From NCBI GenBank assembly GCA_024679065.1, contig JAGIQG010000009.1, positions 95,728,001-95,792,000 on the forward strand: a DNA stretch of 64,000 nucleotides, given 5' to 3'. Below the pieces are notes generated by a model. That model did no database searches and had not been told where the DNA came from. It saw only the letters and a list, made by a program, of their open reading frames with translations. Shown here one piece after another: positions 1-12,047 of the stretch (the first letter of the stretch is position 1; each line of letters starts with the position of its first letter). The position numbers and the translations under genes were made by a program. Source of the DNA: Sphyrna mokarran. Its lineage: Eukaryota.

Positions 1-674
1 CCTGGGGATTTGTTCATTTTCAAAAATGTTAATCCCATTAATCGTTGCTGTCTTGCAATGTTTATCCATGCCATCATTCAGTCTCCTCTTCCTGAATTAC
101 ATCATTGTATTATCATCGGCTCCCTGATTTCTGAATTATTCATCCAGAATCTTCCCCCATCCTCTGCTTCCTCACACAGGTTAGTGTTTCGGTGTCTGAT
201 AGATCCAAATCTTTCCTTTTTGAGCCCCGATTTCATGTATTTATAAAACATTTTTGGATATTCCTCGATTTTAATTTGAAGTATCTTTTCCCAAGCATAC
301 TCTTTGTTTTCTCAATTTTTCTTCTAATTTCACCCCTACGTTTCCTGAACTCCTCCAGTTTTCTGCAGTTTGTCAGGGCTCTGCTGGGTCTGATTGGGTT
401 TTGTTGGGGGTGTTCTGTGTCTGTTGGGTTTTCCTCTTTCTGTAACAATGGATGTTTTTATCTTTCCCAGTGACCTTCGGCACCCTGTTAAGTAATCCGC
501 AAGATCAGTAGAAGGAACAGCTGAGACAATCATTGAAGATTTAACTCTCTTGAGCTGACAGCCAGTGACTGATGGCGGATCTACATCTGTAACTGTGTAA
601 ATTATACTGAGGCAGCAATGTTAATCACTGTGTCAATGTGCTATCCAGATATTTGGTTTGTGTCAGCGATTTAG

Positions 675-1108
675 AACTGAGGGAGAGCTGCAATGCCCAG
701 GAGTATCGAGAGACAGCTGCAGTGTCAGAAAGTCGGTATTGAGGGAGAGCTGCAATGCCCGAGAGTTAGTATTGAGGGAGGGTCAGTACTGAGAGAGTGC
801 TGCCCTGTCAAAGGGTCAGTACTGAGGGAGAGCTGCAGTGTCAGAAGGTCAGTACTGAGGGAGTGTTGCACTGCCAGAAGGGCAGTACTGAGGGAGTGTT
901 GCACTGCCGGAGGGTCAGTGCTTGAGGGAGTGCTGTCCAGTCAGAGGGTCAGTACTGAGGGAATGTGGTATTGCCAGAGGGGCTGTACTGGAGGTGTGCT
1001 ATATTGTTAGAGGGGCTGTAGAGAGGGAGTGCTGCACTGTCAGAGGGGCAGTACTGAGGGAATGCGGCACTGCCAGAGGGGCTGTGCTGAGGGAGTACTG
1101 CACTGCCC
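675..1108. repeat. 33-bp degenerate tandem repeat
   Basis: GTACTGAGGGAGTGCTGCACTGTCAGAGGGTCA x~13; 11-aa periodic ORF. Confidence 0.9.
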
Positions 1109-1109
1109 G

Positions 1110-2665
1110 ATGAGCAATAGATCTAGCAACTCCAGTCTGGGCATCCATGAGGTTCTGTGGACCAATAGCAGCACCAGAATTGTATTCAATCACAATCTGG
1201 TCTGGCATATCCCCCATTCCACCATCAAAACTGAGCTAGAGGTTTATCTCTGGTTCAATGAGGACTGCAGGAGGGCATGGCTATAAATGAGATGTCAACC
1301 TGATGAAGCTACAATACAGAATTACTTGTGTGCCAAGTAGCAACAGCAGCAAGGGATAGACAGAACTAAGTGATCCCAGAATCAGTTGACTGGATTCAAG
1401 TCTGCAGTCCTGCCATATCCAGGGATGAATGGTGGCGGAGAATTAAATAACTCACTGAAGGAGGAGGCTCCACAAATATCCCACCCTCAATGTCTGGGGA
1501 GTCCAGTACATCAGTGCAAAAGATCAGACTGTAGTGTTTAGAACAATCTTCAGCCTGAGTTGCTGAGTAAATTATTCATCTTGGCCTCCTCCAGAAGCCC
1601 CAACATCACAGGTACTAGTCTTCGTTCACTCCACACAATATCAACAAATGGATGAAGGCACAGGATACTGCACAGGCTATTGGGCCTGACATATTGCAGC
1701 AACAGTACTTCAATCCACTCTTGATTATCAGTAAAGAGAGGCAGGAGGTCATGAATGATGCTATCAAGCGGCACTTAGCAAGGACATGGACAATAGGGCT
1801 GAACTCCAAGGGAGAGGTAAAAATGCCATTGATATCAAGGCAGCGTTTGACAGAGTGTGACACCAAGGAGCCTTAGCAAAACTGGAGTAAATGGAAATTG
1901 GTGGTAAATCTTCCGTTGGTTGGAGTCATACCTAGCACAAAGAGAAATTGTTGTGATGGTCGTATGTCTATCATTTCGACTATAGAACATCAGTTCCTCA
2001 GAATAGTGTCCTAGGGCCAGCCATCATCAGCTGTTTCATCAATGATCTCTCTTCCATCGTAAGGTCAAAAGTGGAGATGTTCACTGATGATCTAATGTAG
2101 CAAGACTTGGACGATATCCTGGCTTGGGCTGACAAGTGGCAATTGACATTGGCACCACACAAGTGCCAGGCAATTACCATCTCCAGCAAAGAGGCTGTAA
2201 CCATCTCCATTTAACTTCCATTGCGTTATCATCGCTGAATGTCCTGAATTGGTTGAAGACTGGTATCTGTGATGCTGGGGCTTCTGGAGGAGACCAAAAT
2301 GGATAATTTACTCAACATCCTGGAGGTTACCATTGATCAGAAGCAAAACTGGATGAGATATATAAATACTGTCACTACCAGAGCAGATCAGAGATGAACA
2401 ACTCAACCTCCTGACTTCTGAAATCTTGTGCACTATCTACAAAGAATAAGAAACGTGATCGAATACTCTCCAGTTGTCTGGATGAGTGCAGCTCCAACAA
2501 CACTCAAGATGGTCCAGGACAAAGCAGTCTGTCTAACTGACACCCCTTCCACAAACATTCAGTTCCGATGAACAGTGGGAACCTCCTTCAGCAAGTGTTT
2601 AATAGTCGACAAATGCACTGCAGAAACTCATCCAGGTTCCTTCAGCAGCACCTTCTGAACCAACA
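1110..2665 (+). mobile_element. degenerate non-LTR retrotransposon (CR1-group) RT fragment
   Basis: Remnants of LDIKAAFDRV (~1830), Q.SVLGP (~2000) and F.DD (~2080) RT motifs, with many stops. Confidence 0.75.
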
Positions 2666-3604
2666 CCGCCCCCCCCACCAATGTCTATTCTCTGTAAATT
2701 AGTTTATCGCTATGTTAGCGTTGGCAGAGAAGACAAGGTAAATTTCCCCATTCTTATTTGTCCCAATAGTGTTTATAACTGTGTCCTTAAAAATGTAAAG
2801 ATTAATTTGTGTTTGTTTGATTGTGTAGCAGGAGGCTCCTTAGCTTGTTCGCACTTTGTGTAAACCTGTTATGCATAATAGCAATGCCACTGATGTAGAT
2901 TGCAGTTATAATTGAACTTAGGACAATGGAATGCTTTATGCTGTTGATTAAGTGAACAGAAATGGGGAAAAATCTCAAATCTTCTGAAGAAGCATTGGAG
3001 GCTCCTGTCGACATCTGTTTCCAGGACCCTAATTGCATTGTAAATAAATGCAACATTGAGTTGTAACTGCATGAACACCCATTGTAAGCATTATCTCTCG
3101 ATTGAGGTCAAGTTACCATGTGGTTTGGTCAGTAAAAACAGCAGGGTCTAACTCTGGAACACTGTCAGAATACATGCTAAGCATATCTGTTTCTTTGTTT
3201 CACTTGAATCTCAATCAACTTTAGCGATTGTAATCTACTGCTACTTGCGATGAAATGTATTATATCCAGTGAAAAAATCTCATCATGTTATTGTTGAACT
3301 GATGAACTGTAACTTGTGTAAAGAACTTGTGAAATCCATTCCCTGTTTTGATTAAAAATACATTTTAATTAACTTTTAACTTAAACTCTAGTACACTGTT
3401 CATTTGACCTTTCTAGTTCAGTTATTGCTGATTTATGAAGCTATCTTATCCCACACCTTGGAACTCTTCCTAAAACTCTGTTGTCTTTCCCTCCTAACAT
3501 TAAAATTTATATATCACTGTAATGTAACTTTAGCCACATATCACTATTTAGGAAAAAAAGATTTATTTTGGTATCCTAGTTAATAATTGTGCCTTAGTCA
3601 ATAT

Positions 3605-3770
3605 ACAAACAGATTATCTGGTGATTTTTGCATTGCTGTTGATGGGATTTTGTTGCATTCAAATTGGTTGCTGTATTTGGTACTTTACAACAATGATTAC
3701 TCTTCAAAAGCACTTCATGTATGGCTATAAAGTAATTTGGAATGGCCATTGATTGTGAAAAGTACTTTCC
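3605..3770 (+). mobile_element. Deu-domain/SacSINE1-like SINE 3' fragment
   Basis: AACAGATTATCTGGT...ATTGCTGTT..TGGGA...CAAATTGG.TGC...TTCAAAAG.ACTTCAT..GGCT.TAAAG..TTTGG. Confidence 0.6.
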
Positions 3771-4089
3771 TTTCCCTCCTCAATTTATACCTGGGACCAG
3801 ATTTTCAAAAACCCATGGGCAGGAGTTTGGGTGCAGTTATTGTGTTAGTCTTCAATGCTTCTGAAACACACTGCAGTTTCAATATGAGGGCAGGGTGAGG
3901 AGAACAGAGTCTGCAACTCACACACCACCACCTAAGACATTAGGTTTTGTGCTAATCAACAGCCTGGAGAGGACCAGAAGGAGCTTTTTAAAGCGGCAAA
4001 AGAGAAAGTGAATGGCCTGGAGCACAATAGTATGCAGCTGTTGGGAGAGCTACAGGTCCTGTAACGTGATGTTGGTGCTGAATTAAAAT

Positions 4090-5420
4090 CTTGAAAAAAG
4101 TTTTATTGAAATTAAGGTGCTCAACGGTGTCACAAAATTGCCATCACTTGGGGAGAGTGGGTCAAAAGCCAAAGGGTTAATCATTTGACCACTGGTATGC
4201 ACAATATCATGAGACATTGGCACCAGTTTTGGGGAAGATGGGACCAGTTCAGATGGGATGGTCTTTGTCTGAATCGTGCTGGAACCAGAGTCCTGGCGAA
4301 TCATATAACTAGGGCTGTAGATAAGGCTTTAAACTAAATTGTGGGGAAAAGCGTTCAGGGATACGGTGAATTACAAAATGAAAGGTAAAAGAGAGAGTAT
4401 GAGTGCAGGTTGATGATGAGGACATTCAACTAGTTAAAGGAGTTGAGGGCTCAGGAGAGGTTAGTAGCATTTTCAGACCATGTAATAGGACAGAGACCAA
4501 AGAGGGTAGGAATCTAACCTCAGGCAGAGTGAAAAAAGGTGACAAGCTCAAGAAGAGAGATGGTCAATGCAGTGCAGGGAGATGGTCTGGGGAAGGATAA
4601 CCAGGTTGCGACAGGTAGGGACGGAGCATGCAATCAAAAGAATACACTAACAAATCAGGTCCAAATAAAGGCTAGCATACAGGCGCTTTACCTGAGTGCA
4701 CGTATCACTCGAAACAAAGTGAATGAGTTGATGGCACAAATCAATACAAATGGATATGATCTAGTAGCCATTACAGGGTGACCAGGATTGGGAACTGAAT
4801 ATCCAAGGATATCAGACATTTCAGAAGGATAGACAGGAAGGACAAGGAAGCAGAGTAGCTCTGTTAATTATTGATAGCATCAGGGCGCTAATGAGAGCTG
4901 ATATAGGCTCTAAGGAGCAAAATGTGGAGTTGTTGTGGGTAGAGATAAGGAATAGTAAGGGGAGAAAGTCACTGGTGGACGTGGTGTATAGGCCCCCAAA
5001 TAATAACTTTGAGGTGGGGCAGGGCTATAAACAAATAATGGATGCATGCGAAAACAAAAAGTCAATAATCATTGGGAATTTTAACCTGCATATTGATTGG
5101 TTGACTCAAGTTGGACACGGTAGACTTGAGGAAGAGTTCTTAGAATGCTGTCAGGACAGTTTCCTCGAACAGCATGTTACAGAACCTACAAGGGAGTGTA
5201 TTATCTTGGATCTGGTCCTATGTAATTAGACAGGTAAAATTAAAGATCTTCTTGTGAGGGATCTTCTTGGAATGAGTGATCACAATATGGTTGAATTTCT
5301 AATACAAATGGAGGGTGAGAAAGTAGAGTCCCAAAACAGGGTCCTCTGCTTGAATAAGATGAGGGCGGAATTGGCTAATGTGGACTGCGAGTGCAGACTA
5401 GTTGATAGGACAGCTGAGGT
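4090..5420 (+). mobile_element. CR1 LINE 5' fragment (ORF1 esterase remnant and APE endonuclease)
   Basis: DGL.LNRAGT remnant; YDLVAIT, VYRPPN, IIGNFN, LDLVLCN and SDHN endonuclease motifs. Confidence 0.85.
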
Positions 5421-5589
5421 ACATCGGATATTGATGTATTTGTTCTTATCCTACAGGTATTTTGGTCCGCCTTGTTGTCTAACAAGGGGCATACACGCTA
5501 CTCTTGGATTTTTTTTTCAGGAGTATCCTAGTGCTTCACGTTGTTAGTGTACACTTGGCCTGGACCATTTGATGGGCAACACGTCAGCT

Positions 5590-5875
5590 CCGTGACTATC
5601 TCTGTGCTGTGCAGATACATGGATTTGGCCTGTGTCTGTGGGAATTTGCGCATTCTCCCTGCGCTTGTGAGGGTTTTCTCTGGGTGCTCCAGTTTCCTCC
5701 CACATCCCAAAGATGTGCTCTTAGGCTGGTTGGCAGAACAAATTCTCCCTAAATTGTCTCAAATTTGGTTTCAATCCATAGATCTATAAACACAGACAGG
5801 GACAGAAGTGGGAACATTGAGGTGGCGGCACGGGCTTGTTGAGCCGAAGGGCCTGTTTCCCGTGCTGTTTTGTTC
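5590..5875 (+). mobile_element. V-SINE-type SINE fragment
   Basis: TTTGC.CATTCTCCC...GGGTGCTCC.GTTTCCTCCCACA core. Confidence 0.75.
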
Positions 5876-6189
5876 TTTGTTCTTGGTTTCCCCTTATTGC
5901 TGATATTTGCTCTGTATCTTCATTTGATGAAAAACCAATTTAAACACCTGTCATTTAATAAAACAACACAAGAAACTTCACAGTTTTTTGTAAAAGGAAA
6001 TATGATACTGATCCTTCTCAGAGGATGTGATGCCATTGAACAAATGATGTCTCCACTGCACCACAAGGCCTCTACACTTATGCACATTCACACTGGTGTT
6101 CCAATTCCCACTTTAATCTTCTGCTCAAAATCATCTTGACATGTTTTCCTATCAGTTTGAAAGTGCTCTTCATTGACCCAGGAGGAAGA

Positions 6190-6715
6190 ACTATTAAAAC
6201 GCGGAAACAAGAATACTGGTCTGAACTGGTCTTGTACACTTTAAATCAAACACCATTAAAATGGGGTAACAAGATTAGTGGCCTGAGCTGGGTTTGTATA
6301 CTTTAAATGGAACATGGGTAAAATGGGGAGTAAAAATACTGATCTGAACTGGTTTGTAAACTCTACATTGAACCCCAGGAAAATGGGGCAATAGAAATTG
6401 TTGTCTGATAGTCTTATATATTTTGAACACCAGTAAAACAGGGAAGCAAGATTACTGGTCTGAACTGGCCTTGTGTACTTTAAATAGGACATCTGTAAAT
6501 CAGGAAGCAGGGATACTGATCTGAAATGGTCTTGTATATTTTAAATGGAACACCAGTAAAATGGGGAAGTAAGATTACTAGTCTCAAATTGTTTTGAATA
6601 CTTTAACTGAACCAGTATAAGAGGAAAATAAGAATATTGGTCTGAACTGGTTTTGCATACGTTCAATTAAACCCCAATAAAATCGGAAAACAAGAACACT
6701 GGTTCTGACCTGCTG
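6190..6715. repeat. ~60-bp degenerate tandem repeat (~9 copies)
   Basis: CTGGTCTGAACTGGT...TTTAAATGGAACACCAGTAAAATGGGG recurs about every 60 bp. Confidence 0.75.
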
Positions 6716-6718
6716 TTC

Positions 6719-6935
6719 ATAGAACATAGAACACTACAGCACAAACAGGCCCTTTGGCCCACGAGTTGCGCCGATCACATCTATATCTACCAATCCACAG
6801 ACCTATCTATAACCTCCTATCCCATTCGTTCCCATATACTCATCCAGAAGTCTTCTAAAAGACCACAGCGTGTTTGCCTCTACCACCTCCGACGGCAGCC
6901 AATTCCATTCACTCACCACCCTCTGAGTGAAAAAC
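6719..6935 (-). mobile_element. CR1 LINE 3' end
   Basis: (CATAGAA)n tail; reverse complement encodes FTQRVVSEWN. Confidence 0.8.
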
Positions 6936-8004
6936 CCCTGGTGCTGTGAGGAAATTGTTGCCACTGTACTGGCTAGATTTCATTTTATTGGTGTTTAGTG
7001 GTCTGATTGGTTTTGCGACATCAATTCATTTTGTTTTCTACCCTGTCCCTCCACCCCATCCAACTGCCATCCCATACCTTCAAACTCTTCCCTTTCCTCC
7101 CCCTCCTCCTGAGGGTCTGTCTGGTCTCTCTCCCCATGGTTACAATCCAGACAAATGGATCAAACTGCCTCCATTCAGCCAGAAGTTTCCAACTTCAATA
7201 CAGAATTCACAAAGGAGCAACAAACACTCTCTCCCCCTGCGCCCATCTCTCTCTTTATTGATTGTCTCAACAGAACTCAACCAGACATTAACTGTAGGCT
7301 CACTACAGTGCAGAAGGAGGCCATTCAGCTCATCACATCCATGCTAACTCTCCGAAAGACCATCTTATGCAATTCAATATAGACAGTCAGCCGAGGCTGG
7401 GATTGAACCCAGGTCCCTGGCTCTGTGAGGCAGCAGTGCTAGCCATTGTGTCACCATATCATCCACATCGACAAGATTGCTTCCCATCCTTTAGTTTTGT
7501 GCACAGTACAGAGAGATATTCATAAGCTAAAAGGAGAAATTGTTTGCTTACAAATCAGGATATCTCTGAACATAAACAACTCAGTTCTTCACACTGTACT
7601 TTAACTTTACTGTGAATTTCTTTAATGTTTTTTCTAACTTGCTTCTGATATTCCACCAACTGACATCAACAGGCCATTTCTGAAAAGCAGCGAGATCCAT
7701 TTCTTCATCTGGATTCAATAATCTAATCTCTGGTCTCACATCTCCGTGATCTCTCACTATTTGTTTCTTCCTGTTGGCTTTCTCCCAAACATTCCAAATT
7801 CTCTACTCTAATCCAAACACCCAATCTCCAAATACTGTTTCTTGGTGCACTATTTTACCTTTCAATTAACTCTATCTTATCAACTATTCACTTCTTCAAA
7901 TCAATTCCTTCCTGAACAAACACATTAACTTATCAAACAAGCCTCAGGAACATGAGACCAATTGTTATTGTGATTGGTTCAATGGTAGAAGGATTAATAT
8001 AAGT

Positions 8005-9130
8005 AAAGGACACAGCTCACATACTGAGAGAGACAGAAATAGTACAGGACACAGCTCACAGACTGGGACAATATCAGTACAGAACATAGCTCACACATTG
8101 AGAGAGACAGTATCAGTGCAGAATACAGCTCACATACTGAGAAAGACTGTCTCTACAGGTCACAGCTCATACACTGAGAGAGACAGTATCAATACAGGAC
8201 ACAAATCACACACTGACAGAGACAGTATCAGTACAGGACACAGCTCACAGACAGAAAAGGACTGTATTAGTACACACAGCTCACACACTGAGAGAGACAG
8301 TATCAGTACAGGACACAGCTCACACACTGAGAGGGACAGTGTCAATACAGGACACAGCTCATACACTGAGAGAGATAGTATCAGTACAGAACACAGCTCA
8401 CACACTGAGAGGGACAGTAACAGTACAGGATACAGTTCACACACTGAGAGGGACAGTATCAGTACAGCACACAGCTCACATACTGAGAGGGACAGTATCA
8501 GTACAGGACACAGCTCACACACACTGAGAGGGACAGTATCAGTATAGAACACAGCTCACACACACTGAGAGGGACAGTATCAGTACAGAACACAGCTCAC
8601 ACACACTGAGAGGGACAGTATCAGTACAGGACACAAATCACACACTGACAGAGACATTATCAGTACAGGACACAGCTCACAGACAGAGAAGGACTGTATT
8701 AGTACACACAGCTCACACACTGAGAGAGACAGTATCAGTACAGGACATAGCTCACACACTGAGAGGGACAGTGTCAATACAGGACACAGCTCATACACTG
8801 AGAGAGACAGTATCAGTACAGAACACAGCTCACACACTGAGAGGGACAGTAACAGTACAGGATACAGCTCACACACTGAGAGGGACAGTATCAGTACAGA
8901 ACACAGCTCACATATTGAGAGGGACAGTATCAGTACAGGACACAGCTCACACACACTGAGAGGGACAGTATCAGTACAGAACACAGCTCACACACACTGA
9001 GAGGGACAGTATCAGTACAGAACACAGCTCACACACACTGAGAGGGACAGTATCAGTACAGGACACAGCTCACACACTGAGAGAGACAGTATCAATACAG
9101 GACACAGCTCACACACTGAGAGGGACAGTA
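8005..9130. repeat. 39-bp minisatellite array (~28 units)
   Basis: Same unit as the 52770-64000 array, with an internal 432-bp duplication. Confidence 0.95.
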
Positions 9131-9183
9131 CTAATAATGCTGGTCCTTTTGTGTGCAACGAATTCTGTGGTTAACTCAAAAAT

Positions 9184-9527
9184 AGAATCATAGAACCCTA
9201 CAGTGCAGAAAGATGCTCTTCAGTCCATCGAGTCCACACCGAACACAATCCCACCCAGGCCCTAACCCCATATCCCTACATATTATACCCATTAATCCCT
9301 CTAACCTCCACTATCCTGGACACTAAGGGGCAATTTCTTAGCATGGCCAATCAACCTAACCCACACATCTTTGGACTGTGGGAGGAAACTGGAGAACCTG
9401 GAGGAAACCCACACAGACACGAGGAGAATGTGCAAACTCACACAGACAGTGACCTGAGCCGGGAATCGAACCCAGGACCCTGAAGCTGTGAAGCAGCAGT
9501 GCTAACTACTGTGCTACCGTGCTGCCC
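9184..9527 (-). mobile_element. tRNA-derived HE1/V-SINE-type SINE
   Basis: Reverse complement starts GGGCAGCACGGTAGCACAGT (A box) ... GGTTCGATTCC (B box) ... GGTTTCCTCCCACAGTCCAAAGA and ends in a LINE-derived TTCTATG tail. Confidence 0.9.
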
Positions 9528-9536
9528 CTGTTACAC

Positions 9537-9660
9537 AGTAAGAAGTCTCACAACACCAGGTTAAAGTCCAGCCAATTTATTTGACAGTAAACTCACAAGC
9601 TTTCGGCATTTGCCCCTTCATCAGGTGAATGGAGAGTTCTGGCCTCAGACAGAACATATA
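9537..9660 (-). mobile_element. Penelope-like element terminus (related copies ~18143-18225, 31698-31795(+), 38615-38730, 46205-46285)
   Basis: AGAAGTCTCACAACACCAGGTTAAAGTCCA...TTTATTTG...AAGCTTTC...TTCATCAGGTGA. Confidence 0.65.
9591..9630 (-). ncRNA. minimal type-I hammerhead ribozyme motif
   Basis: Reverse complement: ATTCAC-CTGATGA-AGGGGCAAATGCC-GAAA-GC-TT-GTGAGT (stem I 6 bp, stem II GGC/GCC, palindromic AAGCTT in place of stem III). Confidence 0.6.
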
Positions 9661-9702
9661 ACTCTATGTTACATAACTCTATGTTATGGGTTAACTCTAT
9701 GT

Positions 9703-9900
9703 TAGGGTGGTAAGGGTATGGAATGCTCTGCCTGCTGCAGTTGTAGATGCGCCAAGTTTGGGGGCATTTAAGTGGTCAGTGGATAGGTTTATGGATGAAA
9801 AGGGAATGGTTTAGGTTAGAGGTTCATTGCTTTTTCTTAATTGGTCAGCACAACATCGAGGGCCGAAGGGCCGGTTCTGCGCTGTAATGTTCTATGTTCT
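9703..9900 (+). mobile_element. 5'-truncated CR1 3' end
   Basis: RVVRVWNALP... through GGGCCGAAGGGCC and the TTCTATG tail. Confidence 0.85.
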
Positions 9901-10860
9901 TATATGCTTTGTCTGAGGCATGTAACATAATTTGATTTCCAAAACATCACTAGCCTTTGCTTTTCAATTTTATTCCCCATCAATTAAAGTGATTCCAGTT
10001 CAAAACTAGCAAACATCTCTTCCTCAAGTACCACACAGGTCAGGTGAAAGCAGACTGGCTTCCTGTCCAAGGTGAAGTTATGGCCCAATTTTAGATATGA
10101 AGTCCAGGTCAGCATCCACTATTGGGGCAATGCAATGTCTTTCCATGTTTTATGAAAGATATGCATAGCCCAACATATTAAATTGTCTCACTATCATTCA
10201 GAACTCCCTTATCTCCAATAATTTTCCAGCAAATCTCCTCTGCGCTCTCTCTAATATCTTGATATTCTTCCGAAACCACTGTGACCAGAGGTGGGGTCAG
10301 TTCTCCAGCTGGGATCTAATCAATATTGTATCAATGTTGAGCATGACCTCCTTGCTTTTGTACTCTGTGCCTCTATTTATAAAGCAGTGGGGTCCATCTG
10401 CTTCTTTCACAGTCTCATCACATCTTCCTCCTGGCCTCATACTCACACAGGTCTCTCTGTTCTACAATCCTTTATAACTGTACGTTCAGTTTACAATTAC
10501 CTCTGTACATTCTTCTGTTCAAACTGCATCACTTCAAATTCTTCACTGGATTGTATTTCACCTGCTCTGCGTCTGCCCATTTCACCCGTCTGTCTAATGG
10601 AACATTGATTGCATCTGGATGGTTGACAAAGTGATGGAGGTGAAGCTTCGGTTTCACAGAGTCTTTGTTCAGACCCTGGCTGTGGTAACTGTGTTCAGTT
10701 CGAGACACCGCACCTCGGGAAGGGGAGATTAATCTTGGACAGGGTTCCGATCACCAAAATAATAAAAAGAGGTTAAATGAAAGAGGTTTTTTAATCTCCC
10801 ATCGTTTACCTGATTGGACAATTCTTAACATTGAGTCAGTTTCTCACCGTTTGTATCTAT

Positions 10861-10908
10861 TCTGCCGGAGACTGATGACTCACTGAATCTCTTTATTTTG
10901 ATTGGTTC
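10861..10908 (+). promoter_or_regulatory. MHC-type X1-X2-Y promoter module of copy A
   Basis: TGCCGGAGAC (X1-like), TGACTCA 10876-10882 (X2/AP-1/CRE-like) and ATTGG 10901 (Y box), ~140 bp upstream of the ATG; a further ATTGG at ~10814. Confidence 0.65.
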
Positions 10909-12047
10909 AGTCCGATGTTGTGTCCAATCAGATTGAGGTTCAGTGTGAACAGAAAAGACAGAAGGAATGAGTTGAGAAAATGGTCTTTCTTTGGAAAAGA
11001 GTTTCCTCCAAATGTTTCCCCAACACGAGAGAAGCAGCAATGATTGGACTGATAGTGCTGGTCCTTCTGTGTGGAGAGGTGTCTGCAGGTGAGTGATGGG
11101 GTGTGAGAGGGGCAATGCCAGGCTGGGTGGAGGTCTTACTCTCGGTTTGGAATCAGTGTTTTGGGGTTCATGCCCTGATCTGTGTGTGTGAGGGTGTTGG
11201 TGTTTTTAGGATGTATATCCTCAATTCTCTCTCTCTATTTCAGGCTCTCACTCTCTCCGGTATTTCCTCACGGGAATGACTCCGATCCCGGGTCTCCCGG
11301 AGTTTGTGGGTGTCGGTTATGTGGACGGTGTCCAGTTTGTTGTGTACGACAGTGATCGGGGGGAGCTGATCCCCCGGGAGCAGTGGATGGTGGAGAGCGA
11401 GGGTCCGGCAGCCTGGGAGGGGAAGAAAATCTTCATAAAGCAGCAGGAAACGAGTTCTAAAGCTAATACTGAGATCCTCAAGTCCCGCAGCAACCAGACA
11501 GGAGGTGAGCGCTCACTCTCGCAGCACCCGGGGATCCAGGCGGGAATGAGGAGAAACCCAGAGTGGATCAGGAACCGGGAGCCAGAGGCTGATTGGCTGC
11601 GATTGGAGATGTGACAGGAAATGTGATTGGCTGTAAATCTGTGTTTGAGTGGGGGCGGGGGGGGGGGGGGCCAGTATTCAATGTTGATTGGCTATTTGCC
11701 TTGTTAGATTGGTTCTGATTGGCTTTGCAGGTGAGATCACCCATTGGGACTATCTCTGGCTGTTTGTGTTTCTGATCCACAGGGATCCATGTCTGTCAGA
11801 TAATGACTGGCTGTGACCTGTGGGATGATGGGACCACGAGTGCATTCAGTAAATACGCGTGGGACGGACGTGATGTTCTCTGCTTTGACCAGGATTACAT
11901 GGTGTGGGTGACCCCAGTGCCCTGGGGGGAGAGCATCAAAAATAGATGCAACTGGCTGGATAACAATATTCAGCGATGGAAACATTACTTTGCGATGGAG
12001 TGTATCGAGTGGCTGAGAAAATACCTGGAATACGGACGGAGAGAATT

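Noticed and set aside
6050-6110. HIHTG motif suggesting a C2H2 zinc finger
   Set aside because: No CxxC pair or repeat spacing; chance match
9440-9527. tRNA genes
   Set aside because: The A/B boxes belong to tRNA-derived SINE heads and continue into the SINE body
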